From Lama guanicoe (lineage: Eukaryota): 64,000 nt of DNA. The notes below the pieces were generated by a model that was not told where the DNA came from, ran no database searches, and saw only the letters and a list, made by a program, of their open reading frames with translations. The stretch spans positions 7,305,220 to 7,369,219 of the forward strand of contig MU054323.1 in the NCBI GenBank assembly GCA_013239625.1, written 5' to 3'. Both the position numbers and the translations under genes were made by a program. Numbering within the stretch: position 1 is the stretch's first letter; every line of letters begins with the position of its first letter. Of this stretch, positions 13,280-25,790 are shown piece by piece.

Positions 13280-13992
13280 GTGAAACGCCCCCAGATCTCT
13301 CCAGACTCCCTCTGACACGTGCCCTCTCAATGGACGGCATCTCTACCACGCAGCTGGCTGAGCCAGAAACCAGTCACTTCTGCTCCCCACACCCTCTCAT
13401 CACCCAGCCATTCCTCCCCAAATGCCTCATGAAGCAGCCCCCTCCATGCCTACACGGCTGCTCCTCTCCATTTCTACACCTGCCTTCTGCCCGGGCTCCC
13501 TGGCCCCAGCCTCACCTGTCCAATTTCCCTTCCTTGATGCCCCAGGGTGATCTTTTTGTCAGATACAAATATAGGCATGTTACTCCAAGCCCAACACCTG
13601 TCAACAGGTAACATCCTGGCCTTCGGTGGTCCACCTCTGGCCTGGCCCTGCGGCCTCACATCCCGTTAGTCCTCGGACCCCATCACTCCTGTCACATCAG
13701 GTGAGGAAACGCCCTTGATCACCTGGCTAACTGCTTCCCATCCTTTGAGATTCTGCGTAACCCTCACTTTTAGAAACTTTTCCTGACTGTCCCTCCTCCC
13801 TTGAATGAGATATCCCTTCTCTGAGCCCCTAGGAGCCCCAAGCACACACTGCAGAGCTCTCCCCACCCGCCTACGGTGTGATGGCCACCTTGCCAGACTC
13901 TCACCTCCGCTGCAGGCTCCTGAAGGACCAGCGCAGTCTCTTCTATCTTTATAGCCAGTGCCCGACACATAGTAGGTCTTTAATAAATGAAG
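13280..13992 (+). mobile_element. L2 LINE 3' fragment
   Basis: Decayed L2 body ending CCAGTGCCCGACACATAGTAGGTCTTTAATAAATGAA. Confidence 0.65.
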
Positions 13993-16900
13993 AGATAAGT
14001 GTTATTTGTGGCTCTGAAGCAAGGGTCCTCTGGAGAGAAAACACAAGAACTGCCAGGCCTGCCAACCTGGGGCCCCCGCCCCTCACCAGACTGCCAGAGT
14101 CCAGGCAGCACGAGGGTGCTGACTAAAGAAAATGCAGAGGCAACGGTCTCCCTGACTGGGCTTCCTGGCTGAGCTTCCAGTACCAGGCAGTCCCACAGGC
14201 CACCACTAGTTGAGCCGGGAATCCCGGCCTGTGAGAGGATGGCAATAAATACCACATCACTGCTGGTAACCAACCATCAGGAACCATTGCTGGGTGCCAG
14301 CTGCCAGGCCTGGTTGTGGTCTAGACCCTCCCCTGCCTGTGGACCAGGGACAGAGTCAACCCTGCCAGCAGGCTCAGCAACCGGAGGAAAGGCCACTGCC
14401 TGCTCTGGGTCTAAAGAGACCAGAGGGCAGGGAGGGAGAGGGCCCAGGGCTGGAGGGACCTGCTGGGTCCCCAGTGGGCATGGGCTCTGAAGAGACTGAT
14501 GGAAGGACATCAAAATTAAAGGTCCAGAGATCAGATGGCCGAGGAAATGGAGGCCCCACGACCCCTAAGTGGTGATGAGAGTGACAAGCAACATTTGGGG
14601 GGGTTCTTAGAACACAAAGGGGCCTGCATGAGGTCTCCTTGCCTCATCCCCAGAGTCACCCTCATGCAGCCCCGTCATGACCCCACTTATAGAAAAGGAA
14701 CTCACACCTCCTGAGCACCTGCTAAGTGCCAGGTGCAGTGCTGACTGTTTTCATACAATATTTCATTGGATTCAAGCAACACTGGTGAAGTGCGGGCGCT
14801 CTTCTTATCCCTGATTCACGGATGAAAAACCCACAGCTCAGAGACTTTAGATCTTGCAGTAGCTGTGGTAGTAGTAGGGCTGAGACACAAATCAGGATCC
14901 ACCCACCTCCTGGTCACTTCTTTGCCCTGCACATCTGTCCCCCACCGGCCTGGGGCTGCGGGCGGTCCCCAGAGGGCTTGCTGCTGCCCTTGATCTTCCT
15001 GCCTTACTCCAAAGTCCACATGCCCTTTCTCATGTCATCTTTACCAGGGCCAAAGCAAGCTCCAAGAGGGCACCCATGGGCGGATGAAAATGGGAGGTGG
15101 GCGCTGTTGCCAAGCAACAGACAGAGGAATTTGTATCACCCCTTCTCACCTCTCCGCCCTGTCACCGGGTCACTGCCACCTGCTCGTGGGCCTCCAGATC
15201 ACAGTCGGGCACAGCTTGAGCCCACATGCCAGACAAGCTACGCAGCCATCCCCTCCATCCCTGGCGGGGCCTCCTAAAGCCCCACGCTGTCCTCCCTGCA
15301 CACGGCTCCCAGGCTACGCCAGGGCTGGGTCACCCGAGCTCCACGCGGGGACTAGGCCCTGGCTGTACCAGGTCACAAGGGCGACCAGATCAAAGCCTTC
15401 AGGGAAGATCCTCAAGGATTTGTGTCCCATCCTGTGTCAGAACTGAGTTTCCAGTCACCATCCTGTAAAGCTAACTTGGTCCACGGCCCCCGGCATGTAC
15501 GAGGATGCAGCCAGCTGCCTGTTTTCCACGCTTATGCAATCCCTTCCTGCCTAGGCCTTCGCTTGGAGACCTCAGGGTCTGCAATAAATCTCCCTGCAAC
15601 CTTTCCAGAAAAGACTCCAAAGTACCTGAACAGCCCCACCCTTAACTGTCAGTCCTCAAGCCAATTTCATATCCATTATAAAAGAGTCCACCCTTCCAGC
15701 CCAAGGGTGACTCAAATTTTTTTCAAGTTCTTATCCAGAAGCTTTAAAAAGTGCAGTTTTATTTTTGTTGTTGTCATTAAGAAAGGAATGCACGTGCCTT
15801 TACATTTTTTCGAAGGTTACAAAAGTGAATAAAATGGCAAAGACTGCCGACACGTTTGCTGGGTTATCCTTCCAGAAAGACTTTTTCTAAGCATGTACAG
15901 ACCTATAAATGTGCATATTGGTATAAATTTTAAAGGAATTTAAAAAATGAGATTACACTCTTCACATTGCTTTTGGGGTAAATCCATACCATATCATGGG
16001 CGTCTATTAGATTCCTCTTTATCCATAAATTTAGGCATCCTTTTAGAATCTGTAAAATTAATCATACAAGACCATTTCCTCAAGAAGCCCCGTGCCAACA
16101 GGTTCTGTTTCCTGGAGTGCTGGAGGACCCCAGTCACCTGGCCTGGGCCCAAGCGCCCTCACCTGCTCCTCCCAGGGTCCTCTGGGGAAACTCTGAGGGG
16201 GAGGTATGCTCCCAGGGCCCCTCAGCCTCCTAGCCTCCCAGCCCAGGCATTCCCATTCACCAAGACAGGCCCTACGTCCAACCTACGGCTCAGTAAACCA
16301 CAGATCTGACCCCATCGTCCTCTGAGCATCTTTTAACATTTTCAAGTAAGGACCGCTGGCACACTGGGATCGAGCTGATCTATTAAGTCTAGAACATCTT
16401 CTGCACTGATCCCCAGATCCACCTACATGGTAGCACAGCAGGAAGAGCACAAGACGAGGAGTCAGGACCCAAGTTCCAGCCCTCCAGTTACTAGCTGTGA
16501 GAGATGGTCCTCCGTCCAACTCTGTGCACCCAGACAGGACAGCTAACAACCGGCTCAGAATTAAAAATGACCTTGACATTTGAAACAGAAACAGAGAGGG
16601 AAGATCAATAGGGATGACAGTGAGCAGGGCCATGACCACAGGAAAGAGGAAATAGGAACCTGGTTATAGACATAAATAAGGCTAGGAAGCCTTGGGGGTC
16701 AGAGGGGACCACAGTAGGATGGGAGTGGGCAGTGCTGAGCTATGGCTGAAAAAAAAATTCCACTCCCTGCTAGGATTCTGCTAGCAGAGCCCCAGGCATC
16801 CTCTCTGACCGCCCTCCCCACAACTCCCCCGCTGTCGCTGTTCTCCAGACAGGCCTGCGATGTGACCAGCAAGGGAGACACGGCCTGGCGGCCCAGCCTG

Positions 16901-17884
16901 CTGGCTGTCCTTGCCAGGGACTGCCAGACACCTGCGGCCACACTTGGGGGCACAGCTGCCAGGCCAGCCCAGGGCATCTCCCCTCCAAGGTGGGGGCTCA
17001 GTTCTGCTGCACGTGGAGGAGGGAGGGGAGAGGGCAGGGTGAAGTCAGGGTCTGCTGCGCCCCACCTCCCACTTTCTCTGAATGCTGGGGTGCCTCAGCC
17101 TGAGGGAGGGGATGCAAAAGGGGACACAGAGACCTCTGGGAGGCCAGGCCAAGGACACTCCTGCTGCCCATTCACATCATGACTGCCATCACCGACAGAG
17201 ACCTCGCCCCCCGGCTGGTGTTCCCCTTAATCGCCATGACCCCCTGGGGTTGGTGTAATTTAAACCCTGCTCTGTTTCCCTCCAAGTCTGAGCTCTTAAG
17301 CTCTAGTCTACGGAATATAAAGGAATCATCAAGATCCTATACCAAATGAGCTCAGCTGGCCCCTTCCCTGCCCTCCCTTTCTTCCCTCTGTCTTCTCCCC
17401 ACCCCACCCCCTACAGCCACCACAAGCAGGAAAATTCTGAGCGATTCTCCACGGGCCACACAGGAGTTACAGAGTGCAGGGGCCTGCTCTCCTCAAATCA
17501 ATGGTTGGTCCCCAGTACACGGATGCCCTGTTCCACCTCCCCAGAGTCTCCCCCAAGTCTCCCCCACACTCCAGCCATGGCATCCCTGACAGCCTGGCTT
17601 CTTCCCCTTGGCCTAGAAGCCGCATCTCTGTGCTTCAAAGCCCATGTCAGGTGCCACCTCCTCCAAGAAGCCTTCCCTGATCCCCTCAGTGGGTTGTGAC
17701 CTCACTGTCCTTTAAGAGTTTTATTCCTCCCTCTACTGCAACCTTGGTCTGCGGTCATTAATTAGTTGGGCACATCCTAAACTCACTCTGTGTCCCCTCA
17801 AAGTGCAACACAGGGTCTTGCCCACAGGAAATGCTCAGCAAATCTCTGGTAAATAGAAGCAAAAAGGCTGCACTCAGGACAGAA

Positions 17885-18110
17885 TCCGAATTAAGAGCTG
17901 AAACCACAGCGTGAGGGATTTAAGGTGGATACAAAGACAACCTGTTGACAATGTGATTTGCTCAACTCTGGGACAGATTGCTAAGCAGTGCTGAGGAGCC
18001 TCCCACCTCTGAAGGTTTCTCAATCAGAATCAGCACTTTACTCATCTGCCTAAGATTTTGCAAAAGAGGCAGGAAGATGGACAAGCCTTCTCAGAGCACT
18101 TCCTGCAGCG
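17885..18110 (+). mobile_element. L3/CR1 LINE 3' fragment
   Basis: GAGGGATTTAAGGTGGATACAAAGACAACCT...GGAGCCTCCCACCTCTGAAGGTTTCTCAA...GATGGACAAG resembles the CR1 3' end. Confidence 0.55.
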
Positions 18111-21100
18111 CCAGTCCATGTGAACCGTCCCAATGATGACGATAACCAGGCCAGCTAACACTGAGCATCTGCGTTCCGCCAAGAGATAAGGCGCATTCCC
18201 GTTTAATTCTTACAACAAACTACAAGTAGAGCCTAGTCTTATTTCCGTGGTACAGGCGAGGAAACGGAGGCTCGGAGAAAGTGAGTTTGCCACTCCATAT
18301 CCCACAGCTGGGAAGGGTCAGAATGCTGCTCCTTCCAACTCCAGCGCCCTCACTTCAGCTGCCTCGAGAGAGGCTCATGTCCAAGCAAGTCCCACCTATC
18401 CCCACGCGGCTGCACTGCACACCATGTACACAGAAATCAGCACGGAGACACGTGCACCACACCCTGTCTTGCCCACACACTCAGCCAAGGGGACGCAGGC
18501 TTGGACACACATGCAAATCCGCGACACTGCGTGGATCTCAGATTTGGGAGGGGTTTTTTTTGGGAAAAAGAGTCAGGGAGGGAAATGACTGAAGACGAGC
18601 CCTCAAAATTTGAGTGGAAAGGAATCTGGCACCTTTTGTTTACTTAATACGCCTTGCTCAGGCACAGCAAAGCACACAGGCCCACAGAGCTGCCCAGCCT
18701 CAAAGGGCAGGCGGGAGGCTGACCAGCTCTACTATCCATTAGACACCAAAATGGAAGTGGAAACAAGTCCCATGGGCCATTCTCTGGCCCTAACTTTTGC
18801 CTGTTCTCAAGTTAGAGGCCAGAGACACACTTCACCATCAATGGAGCACAGGATGAGGAAAGACAACATAGGCACCAAGTCAGGGACCCCAGGCTCCAGA
18901 AAGTGGAAGGTGGCAGGAAGTGCCAAGGGGAGGGGAGCATGTGACAGGCACATACTTGGCCCTTCTGGCCTCGGGCTCTGAGCAGTACTTCCAACCCTGG
19001 AAGAAACCGGGCCTGGCCCCACACCCAAACAGCCCCCACCTAGCTCCAGAGCTAGGGGTTCTCAGAGCTTCAAGTTCTCTTTCAACCCTAAATTCTAGGG
19101 CTTGGATTCTAATGGTAACATTTGAGGCCCAAGGATGGGGAGAGGGTGGTCTATTTTTAACTCACCCATTAGAGAGCTGGCAAGACTGCTCCCGAGTCCC
19201 CTTTCTATCTGGTTCCCAAAAAAAGGAGGCTTGATGGAGTCCAGGCTCACACTGGGGAAGAATTTGGGTCTTTCAGAGGGGCTGGAGCCTAAGGAACTGG
19301 TCTTTAAGTATGCGACGGCCACAGTAGCGGCAAGCAGAAGAGAGCCCAGCCACTAAACCTGCCGCTGGGAAGAGGACAGGGACAGAAAACACAGATGTGC
19401 AGCCAGCTTCCCGCCACTCAGCATCACTCACAGAAGCCGAGCTAAATGTCGGATGCGGGACCCAGAGGCGGCCAGGGCAAGGTCCCTGTCCCGTGGAGAC
19501 CACAGAGAGGAAAGACTGACACGCAGTGCAGGAGCCCAGGAGAGCTGTCACAGGGGACAATCTAAGTTCCCCAAGTAGCAGGCCTGGCCCCACTTCCTTC
19601 CAGCCAGGTCACCCAGGGAAAGTATTTTATAGCTTGTCCTGTCTTCTTTGCAGGCCACTGGGAGGACCAGTGGCAATGACATGTGACTGTGATAGTAAAA
19701 TATCCCTAAGAGACTCAGGAGTTCACTGTGAATTAGACTCGAGGAGGAAATCTCAGAAATTATGCACACACTCGAATTTACACATAAACCTACAGAAGGA
19801 CACACACATGTGACGGCTTAACCGGAAGCTGTACTTTTAAACCCTCAATGGAGTCAGATGTGACAAACTTGTCTCCTGAAGGGCCCCCTGACCTCATACC
19901 ACCTTCTCCTTTCAAAGGCCCATCCCCCAGGAGGCCCTGCTCTCTCTCAAACCTCCCGTCCTCAGAAGCTACTCCTGACTATCACTATGTGGTGAAAAAA
20001 AGACCACGCCACCCCCATTCTTGGGTCTGAAATTCCACCACTAGAATCAGAGCCATAGAATTTAGAAGTTGGAATGGACTTGAAGCTGCAGTCCAACCCC
20101 CACCCCACAGAGGAATCCTGTCCGCAGACACCCTGACAGATGGCCGTGGCTGTCCTCTCCTACGCTTCTCTGGTGCTCGGGGGACAGCCCTTAAACCACG
20201 GACCTGTCACTCCTTGAGTCTAGAAGGAATTCACCTTTTTTAAGGTCGGCTTCCTACTGCAGGCCCACGAGCCTGGGAGGGAGAGCCTTGGTCCGCCGGA
20301 GCCAGGGGCCGTGCATTTCATGAGTAGCTGAAGACAAGCACCAAGGAGCTGGACAAGAGGCTGGAGAGGGAGCCAGGGCCCGGAGAAGTGGGGCCGGGAA
20401 GGGAGGCGGGCAGGTGCCAGACCCGCTGCGCAAGTTTGCCTGGGCCCCTGCCGGCGTGCAGCACATGTGCACACATGCACCCACATGCACACAGACTCAC
20501 ACTTTCATAGAGTTGCCTGTCAAACAGCCCAACCAGGGCTTCAATGGGACCTGGAGGCAGAGCAGGACCACCTCATCCCAGAGACTTAGCAGGAACTCCT
20601 AACCCATGCCTCCAAACCCACGTGGCCTCAGGAAACCGCCAGGAGAGGGCCCCTGCCAGCAGAGGGGACAGCCCAAAGAGGGTCTGACAGCTGGGCTCCC
20701 CAAATCCCACAGGCCAGTCCTAACACTGCAGCAACGCCTAAGGAGAAAAGCTTCCCTGGCTGCAGCTGTCACATCTGCCTGGGAGGGAGGAGGCACAGCG
20801 GAGCAGCACCTGATCCCAGGATCCCTTCGCAGCCCGCCAGCCCAGGAGGCTGGTTCAGCCGCTGGCAGCCCAGGGTGAAACATGAAGACTGAACAGTCCC
20901 CCAGGGATGCTGATGGCAGTCTCTGGGCACGGCAGCGAGGGGCAAGCTGGGTCACAGGGCAGCAGGCTCTTCTCCCAAAGGCTCCTGTCCCTGCTGGTTT
21001 GGGAGGGGGCGAGTTGTGTGGCTCTGGGGCCCAGGCCCTTCCTCCCCGGCCTGACGCAGGCCTGAGCTGCCCAGCTGGGTGCAGGACGCCATCTTGGGTC

Positions 21101-21808
21101 AAGGTGCAGCCACAGGGGGCTCCCCTCTCCAACTGGGGAAGAGAGCCCCTGAGAACCAGAGAGCCCCTCACTCCCCACCTAGTGCGCCAACACCTACTCA
21201 ACTAGCTTCGCAGTAGAGGAGGAAGGACGGAGGGGATGGAGAGAAAAGGGGGAAATAACAGAAAGGGGCAGGGAAGGGAGTGGGTGCCCCCAAGAAGGGA
21301 GGCTCCAGGAAAGCGAAATGCAGTTTGGCAGCCGGAGGGCCGCGGGCCCCAGCGATGGGGGGCTGGGGGAGGCCGGGGGCGGGCCCTGGACCCCTGCCAG
21401 CTCGGTCCGAGCTGAGGAGGAGGGAGGGCAGGGCGGCCTGGGGGAGGGGAGCCGGGGTGAGGGCGGGACACGGACCGAGGCAGCCTGCGGCTCCGAAGCT
21501 TAGGGTCTCCCGGGGCGCAGGGACATGGGGCCGAAGACCCCCATCCGCAGCCTTGGTGAGGCCTCGTCCTTCACCGTGCAGATGCGAAGCTTTCAAGGAC
21601 ACGTCTGCACCGGCCCAGCGGGGGTGCGTGTGCGTGAGTGTGTCCGCGTGCGTGTGAGTGTGTACGGGGAGGAGGTTGGGTGCTGCTGCAGGGGGCGACC
21701 CCGGGCGCCCCCCCAACCCCGTACCGCTCAGGGCCCCGGCCCCGCGGCTACCACCCCTGCGTTTTCCGGCCCCCGCGGCCCCGGCCCGGGATCTTCGCCC
21801 GCCCCCGC

Positions 21809-21883
21809 NNNNNNNNNNNNNNNNNNNNNNNNNNNNNNNNNNNNNNNNNNNNNNNNNNNNNNNNNNNNNNNNNNNNNNNNNNN
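21809..21883. other. Assembly gap (75 N)
   Basis: Run of N inside the CpG island. Confidence 1.
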
Positions 21884-22530
21884 CGCCCCGCCGGGCCGAG
21901 GAGGGCCGGGAGCCGGGGGGAGGGGCGGGGGGCCGGGTCGTGCCAGGCTGCCATTTTCTGCCGCCGCCGCGGAGCCTGCGCGGGGCCCGGCCCCCGCCCC
22001 CCTCCCCCGCTCCCTGCGGGCCGCGGCGGGAGCCGATTATTCCGGGTCGGGGTCTGCGCCCCCCAGCGCCCCGGCCGCAGGCCCCAGGCGGGGCCCCGGG
22101 ACTCGGGCAGGGCCCGGAAGGCGGGGGCGGCCAGGCCGGGGCCCCTGCGGCAGCGCCGAGCCGGGCACCGCGGCTGAGGCGGGTGGCGGAGGGGGCCCCC
22201 CGCGGCATTGTATAGACTTGAACTTGAGCCCGGAGCCGGGCGGGGGCGCGGAGGGGGCTCCGCGCCGGGAGCGACCGGGACGGGAGGGGGCGCCTGCCGA
22301 GCCCGCGGGGACATAAACAAACCCTCAAATCCCCCGCGCCGCCCCGGCCAGCCCGGCCCGCCGTCGCCGCCCGCAGCCCTGGCCCCGCGAGCGCCCGGCG
22401 CCGAGTTGCGGGGGTCCGAAAGCGTGCCCCGAGAGGCGTACTGCCCGCCGCCGTGCCCCCCGCCCGTCTCCCCTCCTCCCCACCCGCCTCCGGGCCGGCC
22501 TCCCGGGCCGCCAGCAGCGGCGCTCATTAC

Positions 22531-22607
22531 CGTGTGGCCGGTGGGGTCGGGCCGGCCCGGCTGCGCGCCCTAGTGCCGCGGCGCCGCGTCCCGGCTCGTC
22601 CTCTGCT

Positions 22608-22645
<38 letters not shown>

Positions 22646-22748
22646 GCCCTCCCTCCCTCCCGGCCCGCCTGCCTGCCTCGCTCGCTCGCTCCCTCCCTCC
22701 GCTCGCTGTCGCGCTCCCTCTCTCCGCCTCCTCCGCCGGGTCCCCCCC
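22531..22748 (-). other. DNMT3A: DNMT3A main non-coding first exon (5' UTR, contains a GGC repeat)
   Basis: Minus strand ...GGCGGCGAGAGCAGAGGACGAGCCGGGACGCGGCGCCGCGGCACTAGGGCGCGCAGCCGGGCCGGCCCGACCCCACCGGCCACACG matches the recalled DNMT3A 5' UTR. Donor ACG|GTAATG at 22530-22529. The TSS may lie in the N gap starting at 22749. Confidence 0.85.
22611..22640. repeat. (GCC)10 trinucleotide repeat, read as GGC in the DNMT3A 5' UTR
   Basis: Ten uninterrupted GCC units counted directly. Confidence 0.95.
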
Positions 22749-22831
22749 NNNNNNNNNNNNNNNNNNNNNNNNNNNNNNNNNNNNNNNNNNNNNNNNNNNN
22801 NNNNNNNNNNNNNNNNNNNNNNNNNNNNNNN
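22749..22831. other. Assembly gap (83 N)
   Basis: Run of N inside the CpG island. Confidence 1.
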
Positions 22832-23112
22832 GGCCCCGGCGCTGCGGAGCCGGCCCGGGAGGCAGCGCCGACTGGGGGGCCCCGGGGCGCCGCGGCGGGA
22901 GCGGCCTGGGCGCGCGGCCGGTCCTAGCGCCCTCTGCCCGACTTCCCGGCCCATGCTGCCCCGCTGGGGGTCCCCGCACGCTGCGGGACGGAGGACCAGA
23001 ACCCGCGGCGCCCCGACCCCGCGCTGGGCCCGGGCACCCCGCCTCGGTCGCGCTCCGGGCCACTCCGCCGGGGGCCTGCGACAGCCCTCCCCTCCACGGG
23101 GCGCCCCGCTAC

Positions 23113-23275
23113 CTGGCACTGCCTCTGCGCTGGGTCCCCGCATCCAGCACTGGCCGCAGGGACAGCGGCCCCTCCTCTCCCCGGGCCGGTGTCAAGTGCC
23201 TCCCCCCTGGCAGCCCGCGGAGCCCCCGGCGGCCTTCGCCCTGCAGTTCTCCGGACCTCCACCAGAGCCCACTGC
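23113..23275 (-). other. DNMT3A: DNMT3A upstream alternative non-coding first exon (5' UTR)
   Basis: Minus strand reads GCAGTGGGCTCTGGTGGAGGTCCGGAGAACTGCAGGGCGAAGGCC...GGGGACCCAGCGCAGAGGCAGTGCCAG, which I recognise as the 5' end of a human DNMT3A mRNA variant. Donor CAG|GTAGCG at 23112-23111. 5' boundary approximate. Confidence 0.85.
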
Positions 23276-23459
23276 ACTCTGCCTGCCTCAGCACTGGGGC
23301 TGGGGACAGCAGCGCCGGCCCATCCGCGCCGCAACCCCCACGCCACCCGCCACCCCGGCCAGGTGCCGCCGCCGAGTGGACGCCAGCCCACTCAGCAGAG
23401 CCAAGGTCGGGGCGCCAGGCCCATCTTAGGCCGTCTTGGAGGCTCGAGCACCTCTATAG

Positions 23460-23615
23460 GATGAGCCCCCTTGAAGGGAGTGAGCTCCCCATACCTGGAG
23501 GTGTCCAAGTAGAGTTGAGTGCCCTCAGTTGGTCAGTGGAAGACTGGAAGATTTCATGGGTGGGAGGTGGAACTAAATGACACTGAAGATCCCTTCCAAC
23601 TCGAAGATTCTGTGC
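23460..23615 (+). mobile_element. L3/CR1 3' tail
   Basis: GTGAGCTCCCCATACCTGGAGGTGTCCAAGTAGAG...CTAAATGACACTGAAGATCCCTTCCAACTC. Confidence 0.6.
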
Positions 23616-24479
23616 ACACCTACATTCCACCCTCATGCTTACTCACCCCTTTGCTGTGGGGGTTGTTCTCATTTCCTATAGAGTTCCCAGGGCTCCAGAT
23701 TTCTGACTTGGGGCATCTACTTTCGTCAGCACAGCCACCCTCTGCTTATCACTCTCTCAGCTGCCACACCTAGGACTTGGTGCTGGGCTCCCTACTCCCC
23801 AGCCTGGCTCCCCTATTCTGCCTGTACCTCCACCAGTCGTCTCTTACTTCACCTTCCCTGTGCCAGGACATGGTATGCTCCCTTCCCCAGGCACCTGTCA
23901 TCCCTCTGTGGACACCCAATCCCTCACCACTGAGACCAGTCCTACATTTCTGTACCCCTCGTCCAACTTCACCCCTTCAAGGGTCACAGGAACAGAGATA
24001 GCTAACTCTGGGACACGGAGCTGATCTTTCATCCAAGAGATTTTCCTTCTGGAAGCGGTCTAATGCTTTCAGGTCCTTCAATCTGCCCACTCCCCATACC
24101 TCAAGGTCAGAGGTCACTCTCTACATAGTTGTCTTGGTCTTTTTCTGTGTCACCCTCAGTAGGTGGTCACCCCATGCCACTGATGATAGGCCCTGCTATC
24201 CAGGGTCTCCACCTGGCCAGTTTCAGAGATGATGATCCTTCCATGAAGACAGAGACCACCTCTGTCATCTCTGTAGCCCAGCACTTGGCACATAGTAGGT
24301 TCTCAATAAACTTTGATTGAATAAATCTGTGCATTGTAGGCTTCTTGCCACTTCGCTTTTGACATCACGCTGGGCATCTACAGGCACGCTAAAGCTTGGC
24401 TAAAGGAAAGATTGTGTTTAGAAAGATGGCTGCCATACGGCTCTATTCCTTAAGGGCTTATACAATACTGCCCCCAAAT

Positions 24480-24670
24480 AGCATTGACAGCTCACTGAAT
24501 GTCTCTTGTGCACCAGGCACCAGGTTGGCACTTTTCCCTCAGTCCTTACCAACCCTCTGTGGTAGTTTGTATTATTCTCACTCTACAGATGAGAAAATTG
24601 AGGCTCAGTCAAAGCCACACAGTTGGGAAGTGGCAGAGCTAGGATTCAAAGTGTGGTTCATCTGACTGGG
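24480..24670 (-). mobile_element. MIR SINE
   Basis: CTACAGATGAGAAAATTGAGGCTCAG...GGAAGTGGCAGAGCTAGGATTCAAA. Confidence 0.8.
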
Positions 24671-25124
24671 AAATCATTAGAGTTCCTTTAAAACATTATA
24701 GTTACTCTTAAGATGAAATTCTGAGAATCAAGATGGGAAACTCTAAGTTTCTATTCAGTAGAACTATTTATGATTAAATCACTGGGAGCCCATGATGTGT
24801 GTGACCTTGGATGTCTGTGTTGTTGGTGTCAAGAGGCCCAAGATGACTATGTTAGGGGGTTTGTTTATGTCCAGTAAGAAGCAACCATGGTTGGTTCCAG
24901 TGCCTGTTCCTGACGTCTTTGGCCTGAGAACGACCCTCCAGATTGTCCTGAGAAGAGACTTGTCAGTGCTAGCTAACCCTACTGGGCCCTGCTCACTACA
25001 CATTACACTGGGTCCAGCTCAGATTGATTTAGCTTTTGGGATCCTACAGCCCTCTCATTTGTGTCTGCCCCATTGTGACCCGATCGGTATCCTGGTTGAC
25101 CCTAGATCATCTGGGGTGAGGAAA

Positions 25125-25790
25125 AGTATCAGTCAGGATACGCTAGGTTATCCTGCAGTAACAACCAAGTGACAGAATCCTACCTAGACCACCTTAAACA
25201 AACAAAAGGATTAATTAGTTTAGGGTTGAGACAATTGAGAAGACCAGGGCTGGGGATTCAGGAATAGGTAGATCCAGGGACTCAAATGCCAGCTCCAGAG
25301 CTAGCTCTCTCTCCGTGACTCTTGTCTGCTTCCCACTGCATTGGCACTTTCCCCTACTTTAAACAACTCCAAGATGGTAGGCAGCAGTCTCAGGTTCACA
25401 CTCTCCCAACTTAGAATCCCAGTGGAAGAACGTAAATTCCTTTCTTTCAAGAAGCCCCCGTATGCTTCTAGGACATGAGGCTCCATGTGCTTTAACAACA
25501 CTCCCTCCCCAACCCCTGAGCCTCAAGGTCTGAGACACAATTGTCCTGCTTTGTTTTTCAGTGTTACCCTCACTCACAGTGCAATCCCTAGCAGAAAAGT
25601 CCCGAGGGTTACTTCAGTTGTTCTGACTATGGTCACAAGCCCACTTTGACCAGGTTCTACAGCCTGTGGGATAGCGTGAATTATATGCCCAAAAGTGGGT
25701 GCAGGAGGTGGTTATCAGGACTGACTGATCCAGCCAGCAGCCCATGGAGAAGGGGTAGGGTTGTTCCCCAAAGCAAGGGGTGTGGGGCAA
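25125..25790 (-). mobile_element. Old MaLR LTR fragments (MLT1J/K-like)
   Basis: TATCAGTCAGGATACGCTAGGTTATCCTGCAGTAACAA and GATCCAGGGACTCAAATG motifs; heavily diverged. Confidence 0.5.

Larger units (their letters stand above)
1..22530 (-). other. DNMT3A: DNMT3A intron 1 (exon 2 with the start codon lies beyond the left window edge)
   Basis: Lies downstream of the exon 1 donors. I found no MPAMPSSGPG-encoding exon in the window. Sequence is repeat-rich and non-coding. Confidence 0.8.
21330..23430. promoter_or_regulatory. DNMT3A: CpG island / DNMT3A promoter
   Basis: Very GC- and CpG-dense, with many GC boxes. YY1-type GCCATTTT at 21950-21957, SOX-type CATTGT at 22206-22211, forkhead-type ATAAACA at 22313-22319. 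Surrounds both first exons. Confidence 0.95.

Noticed and set aside
21198..23580. Long ORFs (up to 376 aa) on both strands
   Set aside because: Artefact of extreme GC content (few stop codons) and N gaps. The translations are low-complexity Pro/Gly/Arg/Ala, and the region is the DNMT3A promoter and UTR.
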